Source of the DNA: Octopus vulgaris
Lineage: Eukaryota
DNA length: 64,000 bases
Direction: 5' to 3'
NCBI GenBank assembly: GCA_951406725.2
Contig: OX597815.1
Coordinates: forward strand, 54,436,001 to 54,500,000
The notes under the pieces were generated by a model. That model worked only from the letters and a program-made list of their open reading frames with translations. It made no database searches and was not told the DNA's origin. The position numbers were made by a program, and so were the translations under genes. Of the stretch, positions 15,320 to 28,232 are shown piece by piece (the stretch's first letter is position 1; every line of letters starts with the position of its first letter).

Positions 15320-15650
15320 AATGGATTCCACTATGTTTTCATCTACTGCACTCCATATGCACGCGGGTACTGTCCAAGTCTCCGACCAATCACATACAGC
15401 TAGCTGGCATTCAATTGGCATATCAAGTTTCGGGCATTTTGATTGGGTTTTGGATAGAAAATTCACAAAAAAGTCACTTCTATTGATCTTTTTAATGGCT
15501 TTGCGGGGTGACTGTGGAAATGTAAAGATGTGCACGATCACTCTTGGACGGTTTTGAATGACCATAGAAAGTGTGAGCTCTCTAACTGAAAAATTGTGGA
15601 TTGGTATAAAGGACACACACACAACATTTTGCCGTTTATATATAGAGAGA
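15320..15650 (-). mobile_element. 5' end of a non-autonomous Helitron
   Basis: Minus strand begins tctctatatataaacggcaaaatgttgtgtgtgtg, a typical Helitron 5' terminus; the 3' end was not found. Confidence 0.5.
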
Positions 15651-15669
15651 TAATGTACATAATTCCTCA

Positions 15670-16320
15670 TGTCTTAAATATAGAACAGTATTTAGTTTTG
15701 CTCGTGCTTTCTAGCTGTTAGAATTAGTTTTTCTTGTTTCTGAAGTAGGTATTTCTGCAGTACTATGGTGGTTATTTTGTAACAGTCTTCTAGTTGTATA
15801 AGGCCTCTACCACCTTCTATACGTTGTATATATAACTTTCCCATATCAGATTTTGGGTGATGCATTCTAAATCCTGTTATTAATTTTCTTGTTTTCCTCT
15901 CTATTTTGGTTAGTTCATTTAGTGTCCCGTTAAGGATATTGTAGCTGTAACTTATAACTCGCTCGGCTAAAGTGTTGACACCTATAATCTTGTTTTTCGC
16001 ATTCAGCACTGTTTTCAGTTTTAATCTAACTCGTCTATAGTATACTTTTTTTTATTTTCTCTTTCAATTGTGTATGCTGCATCGTGTCTAGTTCATTGAT
16101 TCCTAAATATTTGTATGTCTGGTTTTGGTCTAATTCTCTTATTTCATTTGCTTTCTATAGTGTGATGTTGCTACTCTTAAACTAGTTTTCCTCTTTTCAA
16201 GGTTGCTTCGGCATATTTTCTAAGCTAGATTTCATATTTATTTCTTTGGTAAATCCGCGTGCTGTCTATAGTAATGTTTCCAGCTGCTTATCATTTGTAG
16301 CGTATGCCGTAACATTTGTA
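15670..16320 (-). mobile_element. R4/Dong-like RT fragment, same family as 1-1600
   Basis: ORF 15692-16009 (KNKIIGVNTLAERVISYSY...MHHPKSD...IEGGRGL) closely matches ORF 56-685. Confidence 0.9.
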
Positions 16321-16321
16321 T

Positions 16322-16327
16322 TGTTAT

Positions 16328-16400
<73 letters not shown>

Positions 16401-16414
16401 GCTACTGCTACTAC

Positions 16415-16451
<37 letters not shown>
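16322..16451. repeat. (TAC)n(TAT)n microsatellite, i.e. (TAA)n(TAG)n on the minus strand
   Basis: Read directly; forms the tail of the element at 16452-17058. Confidence 0.95.
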
Positions 16452-16452
<1 letters not shown>

Positions 16453-17058
16453 TACGTTTCACTTTTGCTTAATATTTGTACAAGTTGGCTCCAAGTCTCA
16501 CCCAGAGACCTCAAGAGACAACAGGTTGGAAGTTCATGTTGTTATGCCTAGTGTGCCATATATTTGGTTTTGTATTTAATGTTGTACTAGCGAGTGTCTA
16601 AAAAAACATAAGAAAATTATGTTTGTTTTAAAACTTGAGATTACATAGAAAGTATTTTGCGTAGGATATGAGCAGTTCTCATGAGCACTATCTTTTGAAT
16701 TTTTGCTATTTTGGGGTTTCTTGGTATCTGAGTTAGGTAGCAATCAGCCCCTTTTGCTATCATTCCCAGGGCACCTATGACAACAGGTATTGTTTTAGTC
16801 TTCAGCTTCCACATTTTGCTGATTTCTATTTCAAGATCTTTATATTTGCTCAGTTTTTGGTAGGTCTTGACAGATAAGTTTAAATCGATTGGGACAGTCA
16901 TATCAATGATGAGGCTTGTTCTTTGCCTGAAGTCTTTCAATATGATGTCTGGCCTATTTGCATCTATCTTTCTGTCAGTTTGAATGGTGAAGTTCCAGAG
17001 GAGTGAGATGTGATCATTTTCAAGCACTGGAGGTGGTTTGTGTTCCCACAAGTTTCTT
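16452..17058 (-). mobile_element. 3' end (RLE domain plus UTR) of an R4/Dong-like element
   Basis: ORF 16641-17051 has ANRPDIILKD, IIDMTVP, KLSKYKDL and IPVVIGALG; followed by a (TAA)n tail. Confidence 0.9.
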
Positions 17059-17066
17059 TTACCTAT

Positions 17067-17100
17067 GTTTCTGACGAAGAGCTCCGCTCGAAACGTTGAA
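17067..17100 (+). ncRNA. Minimal type I hammerhead ribozyme motif in a PLE pLTR fragment (about 17060-17190)
   Basis: gttt-CTGACGA-a-GAGC-tcc-GCTC-GAAA-cg-TT; stem III is the palindrome ACGT; stem I is weak. Confidence 0.6.
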
Positions 17101-17569
17101 TTCTCCTTCTTTCTTTCCTTTCCTGAGCGTCCAATAACACTATACTTGCTCTACGTCCTCGCGTTGTTATGTTTTCTCTTTGTGTGACACAAGAAAAAAC
17201 AGCAACGTGAGGACATACAGGGACACACAGGGCTAAACACAGAGGGGACAATTACAATGTAGATTAATTTCGAGGGGGCGAAAACAAAGTAAAAATATAG
17301 GGACAACGATCAAAATGGATCGAAATCGTTGGGGATATATGCAAAAAATGTCGAAATAGTACAAAAAGTTCCCAAAAAATGGGGAGGTTTATCTGTGGAA
17401 AGAAAAACCAACGAAAAGACCACAGTAACCTCGGGCAATTACTTCACAGATTAACATTTATATACAAATAAGTAACTCTCTGTATTAAATTTTTACGTGC
17501 CATCCTTGCTACATTTACCCATCTTTATTTTAAACAGTCGCTAGACAAAACTTCCCTCTCTACTCTCAC

Positions 17570-20500
17570 CTTCCTTTTCAAGTGATACTTGAAAGAGTTG
17601 ATGAGAGATCGACCGGAGAGGAAAGTGTTTGGCTCTAATCCTTTCAGACGCGTCCACCAGATACATTATTTTGCCATAGCTACGAGTATTATAAAAATAG
17701 CTCTTCCTTTCCGTTTGAAGGAAGGAGACGTGACGATATTGACGATAGACTCGCCTGATAAACCGACTCGTCCCACACGTGAAAGCAGTCGTTCGACATA
17801 AGCCCACAGGTTGGAAATGGTTGGACACTGCACGAGTGCGTGCAAAACGGTTTCGTCGCTCTGACCGCATCTCGGGCAGGTCGGCCCCATGTTTCTAGAA
17901 CTATGTCTATAGAGCTTATCCCGAACGGGTAGCGCTTCTCGATAGCACTGCCAGGCCAGGGATCTCTGGAAATTGTCCATAGGTCCCGACCCGAAAGTCG
18001 TCTTGAACAGGCGGATCATGTATTCCTCATCGACGACCAGGTTCGCCCCGAGATCGTCGTCGTACCTCCTCTCCACTAATCCCCTATAAAATGCTTTCGT
18101 GGTGATGCAGCTGCTCAAGTTCGACCCAGGTCGGCAGAGTTGCTGGTGAGCAACGCGACACTCGTGGTGCCATTCGCCCTTCCTCGGCCTCTTTTTGATC
18201 CACGATTGCAACTCGGCCATAGACACGAGTTGCGGGAAAGCGCGCCGCAAAAACGGCGATCACACCTGCTCACCGTCGTCTACGTAGAGCCGGAGATGTC
18301 GCAGCCTCAGCGCGTGTCTGCGCATCTTCAACCACGGCATTCCCAGCCCTCCTTTCAGCGGGTGTTGACACCAAACGGACCGCCGGACCATCGGAACGTT
18401 TCCTTTCCACAAGAAGCGGAAGAGGATGCGCTCCAGTTTGGTGACGGTGGGGTCGAGACAAGGCACGGCGGTCAGGCGGTAGTTGATGACGGATGTGATG
18501 TACGCGTTCGCCACCTCCGCCCGACCTTCTAGGGACAGCTTCTTCTCGGCCCATTCCCTGCAGAGAGTGGCCACCCTACTCGTTATCTCGTCCGAGTTCT
18601 TCTCCGTTTGCATGTCTGGACCGAACAAGACTCCGAGCAATTTGACCGACCCGTCCGTCCAGCGTCCCACTACTGAGGCGCTGGTGGACGGCATGGGCTT
18701 GCTTCTCCAGGTGCCCAGCCGCAAGCCCACTGACTTTTCTCGGTTGATTTTTGCTCCCGTCACCGCTTCGTAGTCGTGCAGTGTCTCGCTGACTAGCTCG
18801 ATGTGCTCGTGGATAGACACTATGACGGTGACGTCGTCCGCGTTTGCGGACACGCTCGTCACGCAACCTAGTTCTCGTGGGATGCCCCTCAGCGTCGCCA
18901 GCTTCCGCAGTAGTGGCTCAAGCGTCAATACGTACAGAAGCGACGAGGGGGGGCATCTCTGACGGACCGAACGTGCAATGTCGAAAGGTCTCGATAGATG
19001 CCCATTCACACGAATTACCGAACGGATGCCTCTGTACAAGGCGGCCATCCAGCCGCGGAATATGGGACCGAAGCCGGCCGCTATCAGGACAGCCTCCAAG
19101 TATCGATAGTCTATCCTATCAAAAGCTTTGGATTGATCCAAATTGATCAGGGCCCCACTCATGCCAGGTTCCTTAGCTACCCTGTCTATGATGTAGCGCA
19201 TCAGATGGAGGTTGTCATGGATACTCCGGCCTGGCACGGCGCGAGTTTGCACCTTGTCGACCAGTTTCTCGATGACAAGCTCCAACCTCTTAGCTAACAC
19301 CTTGGCCAAAATTTTCAAGTCTGCACTGAGCAGAGTGATGGGCCTAAAGTTATCTATAATGTCCCCCTTGTTTGGATCTTTCTTTAGCAGCATTACGGCT
19401 CCTCGGCTCACAAAACCGGGTATGCTTCCGTTCTTCTGCCAGTTGCAGTACACCGCTGCTAAGACGTCTCCAAACAAGTCTGGCATACAATTGTAAAGCT
19501 CGTAGGGCAGACCATCCAAACCCGGCGATTTGTCCCTTGAGCATCCCGCCATCGCATCCCTCACTTCCGCCACCGTGATGGCACCTTCACAGCACTCTGC
19601 CTCTCTTGTCGAGAGTCGTGGCAGGCTGTGCAGGTAGTCACTGAAGTCCAACCTGCGTTCTCGCTCGCCACTACTCCCGAACAGTCGGGCAAAATGCTGC
19701 TGAAACGCCTCGCACGTCTCGCTCGGCTCGAGCAACTCGCGTCCCTGTTCATCTACCAGAGACCGAATGGTGGCTTTGTTGCTCTGTTGCGCCTCCGTCA
19801 CACGGGCCTCTCTCGCGGCTCCAACACCTTCCATCCTTAGAGCACGCATCCTATCCCTGACAGCACACCCTTCGTGTTTGGCGTTGAAGTGTTGGTCGAC
19901 GGCCAACCTCGCCGCCAAAACGTCGGATGTGATGCTGCTTCTTATTGCCTCTTCTAACTTCTTAACTAGCTTACCCACTACTCTGTTTCTATCTATGGCT
20001 AGTGCTTTGCTATACCTAATGGCTTCTGCTTTTACTGCTCTCTTGAGGGCAAACCACCATTTGTTGTTGACGATGGCTCCCGTGAAAGCCCTCTTTACTA
20101 GTGTGCTAATTCGGTTTCTGAAAACCTGCCTATACGGGAAAAACACGTTCAGTTTCCAGTAACCGGGACCCTGCCTATGAGCCTTATCTAAGTCTAGGGT
20201 ACACATCACAAGTTTGTGATCTGTGTAGCTGATTATGTGGAGTTGTGGACATCCTAAGCTATCCCTACCTGCTGTGCTGCATAGTATCCTATCTAGATAC
20301 GATCTCGACGACACAATGCGGTTGCTCCATGTCCACGTTGGCACATTTGGGTGATCGAGTCGGTACCTGCCAGACAGTTGAAAGCGTCTGAGCAGGTCTC
20401 TGAGGCATTTACATCCCCGTCTATTTTCGTCTCTCCCCATGTAGTCTAGTAAAGGATGAGACGTTCCCAGAAATACTTCTAGACATCGAAAGAAATCCGG

Positions 20501-20857
20501 CCGACCTGTTAAAGGCGGTGCATAGACTGCCTGGTGTCGAAAAGCGCACCCATCGCTGCCGTCGACATCCAGGACAACCAGTCTACCCTCCGGGTCTACG
20601 AATATTGTCTTTACTTCGAGATCCAGGCTCTTGCGAAAAAGTACCACCGTGTCACTACCGCCCATTCTTGGCATACAGGGGAAAAAGTAAATGTTAAAAT
20701 ATCCGCCAAATATGGACTTTAGGGCCCGTGGTTCATGGAGTCTGGTCTCACTTATTGCTATGATTTCCAAATTATGTGACTTGATGTCATTTAAAAGGTA
20801 CCCTTGTTTCCAATGAGACCCCAAGCCACGCGCATTCACACAACCAATCTTGACCAT
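17570..20857 (-). pseudogene. Tx1 ORF2 (APE endonuclease, reverse transcriptase, zinc finger), disrupted
   Basis: 865-aa ORF with CVNARGL, ISETR, SRSYLDRI, YTDH, GPGYWKLN, KSPGLDG, NFRPITLL and LDQSKAFD. YADD reads NADD, QG reads QR, and the GDFN region is missing. Frameshift near 18255 to a C-terminus with CPRCGQSDETVLHALVQC. Confidence 0.9.
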
Positions 20858-20878
20858 GATCCTATTGAGTTGTGTGCT

Positions 20879-23016
20879 TTAAAATACAAACGAAAGGAAA
20901 GGAGGATTACTTACTTTTCGAAAGATTTGTCTCCTCCTTTGATTTTTCATCAAGGAGGCTGTTATACATTTTTTACATAAATATTCATGACATCCCCCTA
21001 CCGCATTGGGATAGAAGGATCTTAGTGTGTGGTGCAATGTTGGTGATATGTGATAAATTTTTATGTGTTCTGGTGGTGTTGTGCGTGGGTGGTTGTTCGT
21101 TTTAATGTCGTTTTCTGTAATGTTTGTGTCTGTGTTGATGTATTTCCTCAGCTCTGGGTTTTTGGTGTCTATGGCTTTGAGCATATTCTTTTTATGTATT
21201 TTTGTTGCGTTGCTTTTGTTTGTGGTAGGGTTTGAGATGTCTTCGGGAGATGTATATCTCCCTGCTTTGTTTGCGTTTGTATTGGATTTGGTTCTTTTTT
21301 TGCTCCTTTCCCTCCTTCCCTTTCTGGCTATTTGCCATTCCTCAGTGCTTTCGCCTTCCGACGAAATTTCCGAGGAATCGGAAGGGGGTAGGGGCATTTT
21401 GTAGGCTTCAATGTGTGTTTGTGTAATTGGTTGTGTTGTTGTTTTCGTTGATATTGGTTGTTGACTGCTTGTGTGTGGTGTGTGTGATGTGGGGGAAGGC
21501 GAATCAGTTTTTGTATTGTCCTTTGGTTTTACTGTTTCTTTAGTTCTGCTGTTGGTGGTATTTTTTCAGATGTTTTTGTATGTTCATTTGTTGGTGTTGG
21601 CGGGTTTGGTTTTGTACTCCCTTTGTTTGTCCTCTGTGCTGATGGTGGTGTGGGTAGTAGTGGTTCTGTTCTTGCTGTTGTTGGTGGTGTTTTTTCAGAT
21701 GTTGTATGTTCATTTGTTGTTGTTGGCGAGTTTGGTTCCGTATTCCCTTTGCTTGTCCTCTGTGCTAATGATGGTGTGGATAGTAGTGGTTCTTTTTTCT
21801 TTTAACTTCTTCCTTATTGTGGTTGTTGTTCTTGTTCTGGTTTTTGTTGTTATATTTTTGCTGTTGGGCAATCATTTTTGAGGTGTTCCTCGCTGCCACA
21901 CATGTAACAGCGAGGCCTCCTACCCTCTACCACTACGTAAAGGAAATTGCCGTCTGGCAGCTCAATTTGGTGGGGGATGTTATTGATTTGGTTTTCATCA
22001 ATTTGCATCAATAAATGAACCATTTTCCCCACCATTTCTTTTCCTCCAAGGTGGCATATTCCAGAATATTTTTATTCTCCTCCATTTTGTAGCAAATGGC
22101 TGACAACAGCCATTGTGATTCTATTTCTGGAGGGACATTTTTAATCGAAATTTTGGTCACGCGTTGACCAAGGTAGGTCGGAATTAAAATTAGCTTTTCC
22201 GACTGTAACGTGAGCATCGAAAGTTCTTTCGGTCTTTCTTCGATGTCGAAGCGAACCTGTATCGTGGCATATTTGTTTCCCCAATTTAAATAAGTTTTGT
22301 AGGCCCATATTGGCCGTAAACATGTTTCAATCATTTCTGGTTTTGCTTGTTCTGGTCTGCGTGTGTTTGCGTTTAGGACTTTGTATATTATTGTTTTCTT
22401 TTGTGTGTTGTCTATTATGTTTTGTGTTATATGTAAGCGTAGATGTGAACCTTCTTCAGCTAACAGGGCTTTTGTTTGTTTTAATTGTTCTGTTGTGAAG
22501 TGTATTATTGTCTTTTTTGTTTTAATGCTTGTGCAGAATTGCGTTTGGTGGTAGTGTTGGTGGCAGAGGTGTCACTTGTAGTAGTTGAGGTTGTAGTAGT
22601 GGTGATATTGTTGGCAGTTATCGTAGACGGCAAAACGACGATATCGTTGTTGTTCTTGTTGTTATTGTTGTTGTTGTTGGTGGTGGTGGTGGTGGTGTTG
22701 GTGGTGGTGGTGGTGGTGTTGTTGTTGGTGGTGGTGGTGGTGGTGGTAGCCTTCTTGCTGTTGGTGTGGTGGTGGTGGCAGTGGTAGTCTCGTTGTTGTT
22801 AGTGGCGGTGGTGCTGACAGGGCTGTTAACGAAAGTGGTTGCAGCGTTCACTTTCACATCACTCAGGTTTGTCTTTGATTTCTTGCTGGTCATGTCTGTT
22901 CTATTCGAATGTTTGTGCGTACAGGAGTTCTTTTTTTCTCCTAGCGTTTCAAGGCTAGGGAAATGCTGGTCTATGAAGGAATTTGACCAGCGTTCGACAA
23001 TAAAATTTCTCGACAC
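20879..23016 (-). pseudogene. Tx1 ORF1 (gag-like nucleic-acid-binding protein), fragmented
   Basis: Frames 22618-23016, 22008-22334, 21850-22035 (VVVEGRRPRCYMCGSEEHLKNDC) and 20879-21397; contains CCA/CAA triplet tracts and a tandem duplication of about 126 bp at 21552-21792. Confidence 0.75.
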
Positions 23017-23215
23017 TTTTTAATGTCGAGAAGAAAAATATACAAATTACTTAGGTTTGAAACTGCCCCTAGGGGCGAATTCCTCCCTTGGAAAAACACT
23101 CAAACGAAAGTTGGGTGCTTTACACACCTTATTTACATAAATGTACACAAAATGAGGGCTATAAATAGTCAAAATAAACGATTATCTTCGGAGCCGATGT
23201 GACAACACGTCAGTC

Positions 23216-23267
<52 letters not shown>
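23216..23267 (+). repeat. (GATA)n microsatellite at the Tx1 5' junction
   Basis: 13 GATA units. Confidence 0.95.
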
Positions 23268-23268
<1 letters not shown>

Positions 23269-24165
23269 ATCTATGCGGTTGGTGTGCATCAGATAGCAAG
23301 CAAACACATTTCACTTCAGAACCGCACGACCTAACAGAGGGAGAGCGCAATGACCAATATTTCACGGTTAAACAAAATCAAGAGTAATCATTGCATCATT
23401 GCCATCATCATTGCTACTCCCCCTTCCACTGCGAGCATAATTATAATGTCGATATGTTCACCGTTGGTGACATTAGAAATATATAAAAGTTATAACATAA
23501 GAGAACAAGATAACTCTGCAACAATATGATAAGATCAATATTTTGTGCATTATATTACCATTATAATGTGAGCTAATTGAATTGTAACATTAATATTTTG
23601 GAAGAAACAAGAAAGAAACAAACCTATTCGAAATTAGTTTCTTATAGAGCTAGAAACATTACAAGTAGTATTTGAACTCATCGATGACAACAAACAGAGT
23701 CATGCAAGGAATCAGCATCAACATAGTCGACCACATGTCATTATACTATGATAAGATAGCGAATTAACAATGGTTCCTCTACATGGGTTGTTGATTGGGT
23801 TGGAAATAGCAGTCACGTTGCTCAAAAAGACTCCCTACCGACATCAAATAAGAACACTTTAGAAATATGTCCCAACGTATAACAAACCAAGGCGGTCACA
23901 GCTGGAATGCCTTTGATCGTAGTTCTGTAGTTCAAATACTGTTTCAGTAATATTAGTTTACCTTGTTAAGACTATGAACTTATTCAATTTCATAATACAC
24001 GCTATTACAATATTAGTTTTCTTCTCAGAAATGCACATATTTTTCGTAGTCTATTTTCGAAACAAATTTGCATAAACGCAGTTTGTTATATCATTTAATA
24101 TTTCTACCGGATACATATATATGCATGTATATATCTGTGTGTGTGTGTGTGTTTGTGTGTGTGTG

Positions 24166-24198
<33 letters not shown>

Positions 24199-24559
24199 AT
24201 GTGTGTGTGTGTGTGTGTCTGTGTCTGTGTCTGTGTGTAAAGTAACGAAGACGTCTACACGAAATATAGGACAAAAAGGAAAAACACAATTGTCACTAAT
24301 TGTGACTAACGATGCAGAGTAGCACCTACATTGCTAGAAATACGACTTAAATAAACCTTAGCCGTAAGGAAGCTCAGTTCCATACTCTTACAGAGGAGAT
24401 AACCGATCCACAGCGAGCGAGATCACTATACTGGTTTAGTATCGCTAAAATTTAAAGCTCATCAGTAGTGACTACTCCAGTGTTGAATGGTTTAGATAAA
24501 TCTCGACTGTATAATATGAATATATAAATATATGCATATATACATACATATATGTACAC

Positions 24560-24628
<69 letters not shown>

Positions 24629-24632
<4 letters not shown>

Positions 24633-25981
24633 CCTAAATGCAAATCAGCATGGCTTTCGCTGTGGCAGGGACTGTCTAACACAGCTCTTACACCACATCG
24701 AAGATGTACTCAAAGCCTTGGGAACAGGTTCGAACTCTGCTGTCATATATCTTGACTTCAGTAAAGCGTTCGACAGGGTAGACCATAATATCCTACTCTC
24801 AAAATTGGCAAATGTTGGAATCCGAGGAAAAGTTCTACACTGGATAGAGTATTTCCTGGCGAATAGAACACAACATGTTGTAGTTGATGGAGTCCACTCA
24901 AGCCCAGCAAAAGTCACCAGCGGTGTCCCCCAGGGGACTGTCTTGGGTCCGCTACTCTTCATAATCTACATAAACGACCTTTCCAGTGTCGTACATTACT
25001 GCAAAGTGAAAATATTTGCTGATGACACTAAGCTCCAGCAAATCGTCAATGAAGAAGCAGACCGAACTCAACTCCAGTCTGATCTATATGCTGTGAGTCA
25101 ATGGGCAGACAGAAACAAAATGCAACTGAACGAGGGAAAATTTGAGCTGATGCATTTTGGAAGAAGTTCCTCACTAAAACAGCCATACTCTCTTCCTTCA
25201 GGGGAACCGCTCACAGCCTCTAACAATATCAGAGACCTGGGTGTAATTGTTGATGACGATCTCAGTTGGAGTGCACACATCAACAAGAAGGTCGATATAG
25301 CTCGTTGGATGAGTTCCTGGATCTTAAGACCTTTCCGGTCCAGAGAACAAGGTGTCATCATACCACTTTTATCCTCCTTTGTACGGCCACACCTCGAATA
25401 CTGCTGCCCACTGTGGTCTCCCCATACAAGACAGACATCTCGAGGATTGAATCACCCCAGAGAGCACTCACTAAACGAATTGAAGGCATGGCTGCTCTCG
25501 ATTATTGGGATCGCCTTAAAGCCTTGAAACTCTGCTCTCTCCAGCGTCGCCGTGAGCGGTACATCATTTGTACGATGTGGAGAAAATACTGCCAACTTTG
25601 CCCAAACGAACTGAACATTAGATTCAAGGTTCATCCAAGACTGGGACCACGGGCCATACGTCCCCTGCCCAATTCAAGATCACAGCATACATGTACACTA
25701 CAACATAATTTCTTTTCCTCAACAGGCCCTGCCCTATTTAACATTGTCCCGAAAGGATCAAAGAGGAACAGGATCCCATCAACTTTAAACGGAGCCTGGA
25801 TAGATTCCTTCAACGAATACCAGATAAGCTACCCATAATTGGATACAACTCACCCAACAAAAACTCACTACTTGAATGGACCATAAACAAAACTTGACTT
25901 AAACAGGATTCAAATAATCCTATCAGGTGGTGCTATTAAGTTAGACATGACCTGGACCAATCATTGGTCGAAACATATCTA

Positions 25982-25985
<4 letters not shown>
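24629..25985 (+). mobile_element. 5'-truncated CR1-group LINE (RT and 3' end)
   Basis: NQHGFR, YLDFSKAFDRVDH, SGVPQGTVLGPLLF, FADDTK, RDLGV, VRPHLEYC and LQRRRER; one frameshift near 25420; 3' hairpin gaccaa-tca-ttggtc; (TA)n on both sides. Confidence 0.9.
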
Positions 25986-26057
<72 letters not shown>

Positions 26058-26127
26058 TATATACATATACGAGATATATGCACACACATATATACTTATA
26101 TAATATATACAACTATATATGTATATA

Positions 26128-26661
26128 TTGGATTGTCCGGAAAAAGGTCAATAAGTACTTGCCATTACCCAAGCTTTACCAGGTGCTCATGAACGGCGGA
26201 TTTTGATAGGTTGAGGCGTTCTGCCAATTCTCTGGTTGTGCAATGTGGGTTATTCTCAATTAATGACTTGATTTGGTCATCATTTATAGTGGATGGTCTG
26301 TCTGATTGCTCTTTATCAATAAGGCTACAACCTCCAGCTCGGAATCTTGCGAACCACTTCCGTACAGTTCTTTCTGATAAAGAGTCATCACCGTACACTA
26401 CACATATTTCTTTGGTTGCTTGTGAGGCATTTTTCCCTTTACGGAAAAAGAGAAGCATCAAGTGCCGAAAATGAACTTTCTTGTCTTCCATTTTAAAGGG
26501 TTGCAAAATTAACACAGGTTATAGGAACATAAACCTTCTTCCACGAAAAGATAGCTTAAACTGTGCTCAAAATGGCGGTGTAGTCTAATCAATTTTATGA
26601 ATTCAAACATGTTCTAAAATAAGTTGAAAGGTAATCGGCACAAACTTTCCGGACAACCCAA
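26128..26661 (-). mobile_element. Internally deleted mariner (Mos1-like N-terminal HTH domains)
   Basis: TIRs ttggattgtccggaaa and tttccggacaacccaa, each flanked by TA; ORF 26165-26515 HFRHLMLLFFRKGKNASQATKEIC...WFARFR...RPS. Confidence 0.9.
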
Positions 26662-28232
26662 TATATATGTATATATATGTGTGGGTGTGTGTGTGTGTGT
26701 GTATAAAGATACATATATTATGTATATACGTATATATGTATATAGCTAAACGAGTTTCGAGTGTCAATATTGTGAAGTAGCATAGTCCTGGACATGTCAT
26801 ATAACTAGTAAAGAAAAAAGTTATTGATTTCGCATTTACTATTGCACCTGACAGAAGCATCACTTTCAATAAACCATTATACTCTAGGTTAACATAATTT
26901 TTCTATAAGTTTTTAGTATTGCAGTATCTTAACCTTTCACTTTCAAGTGGTTGATGCCCATTTCCAATTTAGAGCACAACTATGTTGCTGATGTTTCTTA
27001 TTAATTTCAACTCTCGTAGTGGTGGAAAGAGGTAAACCTTCTGTTCATTTCGAAACATAGTCTAGTTTGAGGCATGCTGTAAAATCATCAGTTGGTACAT
27101 TTGAAAAATATGACAGAGTTGTCTGTTGGTAAAACTAATCTGGAATTAGTGGCTCTCGCTGGTAGGCATGAACTAGAGTTCTTGAAGTTAATTACGAAAT
27201 GAGTGTCGAATGAAAATTGCTACTGCAGTTCGTACGAAAGCTGTGCACGTCTTTAAGAAACGATCAACTGTACAATATTTTCAATGCTTAGTTTTTTTAT
27301 GACAGAGGTAAATTCCTGGTGTGGATTTGTTTATCCTTGTTGCACTTGAATCAATATGTCTTTTAGTATAAAAATGCAACAGGGTAACCGACGTTAGTAG
27401 GAGAGATTGGGAGGGTGAAAGAGGAGATTAAAGTATTGTATCTGAATAAAACAGGGGACGCTATGTTGAGTTAAGAGAAGTTAACAGAAGTCAAAAGCAC
27501 TTATGAACAAGACAGGAGAAAAGGAAAAGGTAACAATTGAGAAAATGAAAACGGAAAAGTTAGGCATGAGAATACGTAAGTTTTTAATTGACTACATAAA
27601 CCATAGAATATTGGGACAATGTAGAAAATACTAAAAAGTTTCAAAAATTCCAAAATTTCTAAGGGAATTCTCCACGAATCTAGGAAAATTTTTATTTAAA
27701 TCTTCAGAGATATGAACTTATAGAATTTCCCGCTTGCAATAATGGGTATGTATCTAAATTTTGTTCAACTCATTTTCTATCTTTTATTCCCCCACCCCGC
27801 TTACATTCTCCCCTTTTTCTTTTTCTCTTTCTTGATCCTCCTCTCTCTCTCATATTTCTTGGCCCTCTCTTTCTTTAACTCCCACTATTTCCCTCTTGTT
27901 TATCTCCCCTGTACCTTTCTTTGTCTCTGATTTTCTTTATAAGCCTTCAAACCCGCTGTCCCCTACCCATCTCTCCTCCTTCCACATGACCGGTGTCCGG
28001 CCAGCAATGATCTTTTTTTCTTGGCATGACTGCCGACCGTGAACACCTCTTTTGTCCACTCCAATGTTCCTGCCTTTAGGCTTTCACTTCATACACGCCA
28101 ACTCAATTTGATTCATTTTCAGTTGAAAGACACCTGTTGTTATTTTCTTGTTGTTTGTATTTGTAATTGTGTACCTTGTTCTCTATTTGTCGTCTTTTTG
28201 TGTACCGTGGTCTCCGTTTTTTGTCTTTGTAC

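Larger units (their letters stand above)
17260..23215 (-). mobile_element. Near full-length Tx1-clade non-LTR retrotransposon
   Basis: Fragmented ORF1 with CCHC knuckle CYMCGSEEHLKNDC, then ORF2 with AP endonuclease, RT and C-terminal zinc finger; 5' junction abuts (GATA)n; 3' boundary approximate. Confidence 0.92.

Noticed and set aside
18260-20857. Active or domesticated reverse transcriptase gene
   Set aside because: YADD reads NADD, QG reads QR, part of the endonuclease is deleted and the C-terminus is frameshifted.
21050-23023. Plus-strand hydrophobic, membrane-protein-like ORFs
   Set aside because: Antisense shadows of the A/C-rich Tx1 ORF1.
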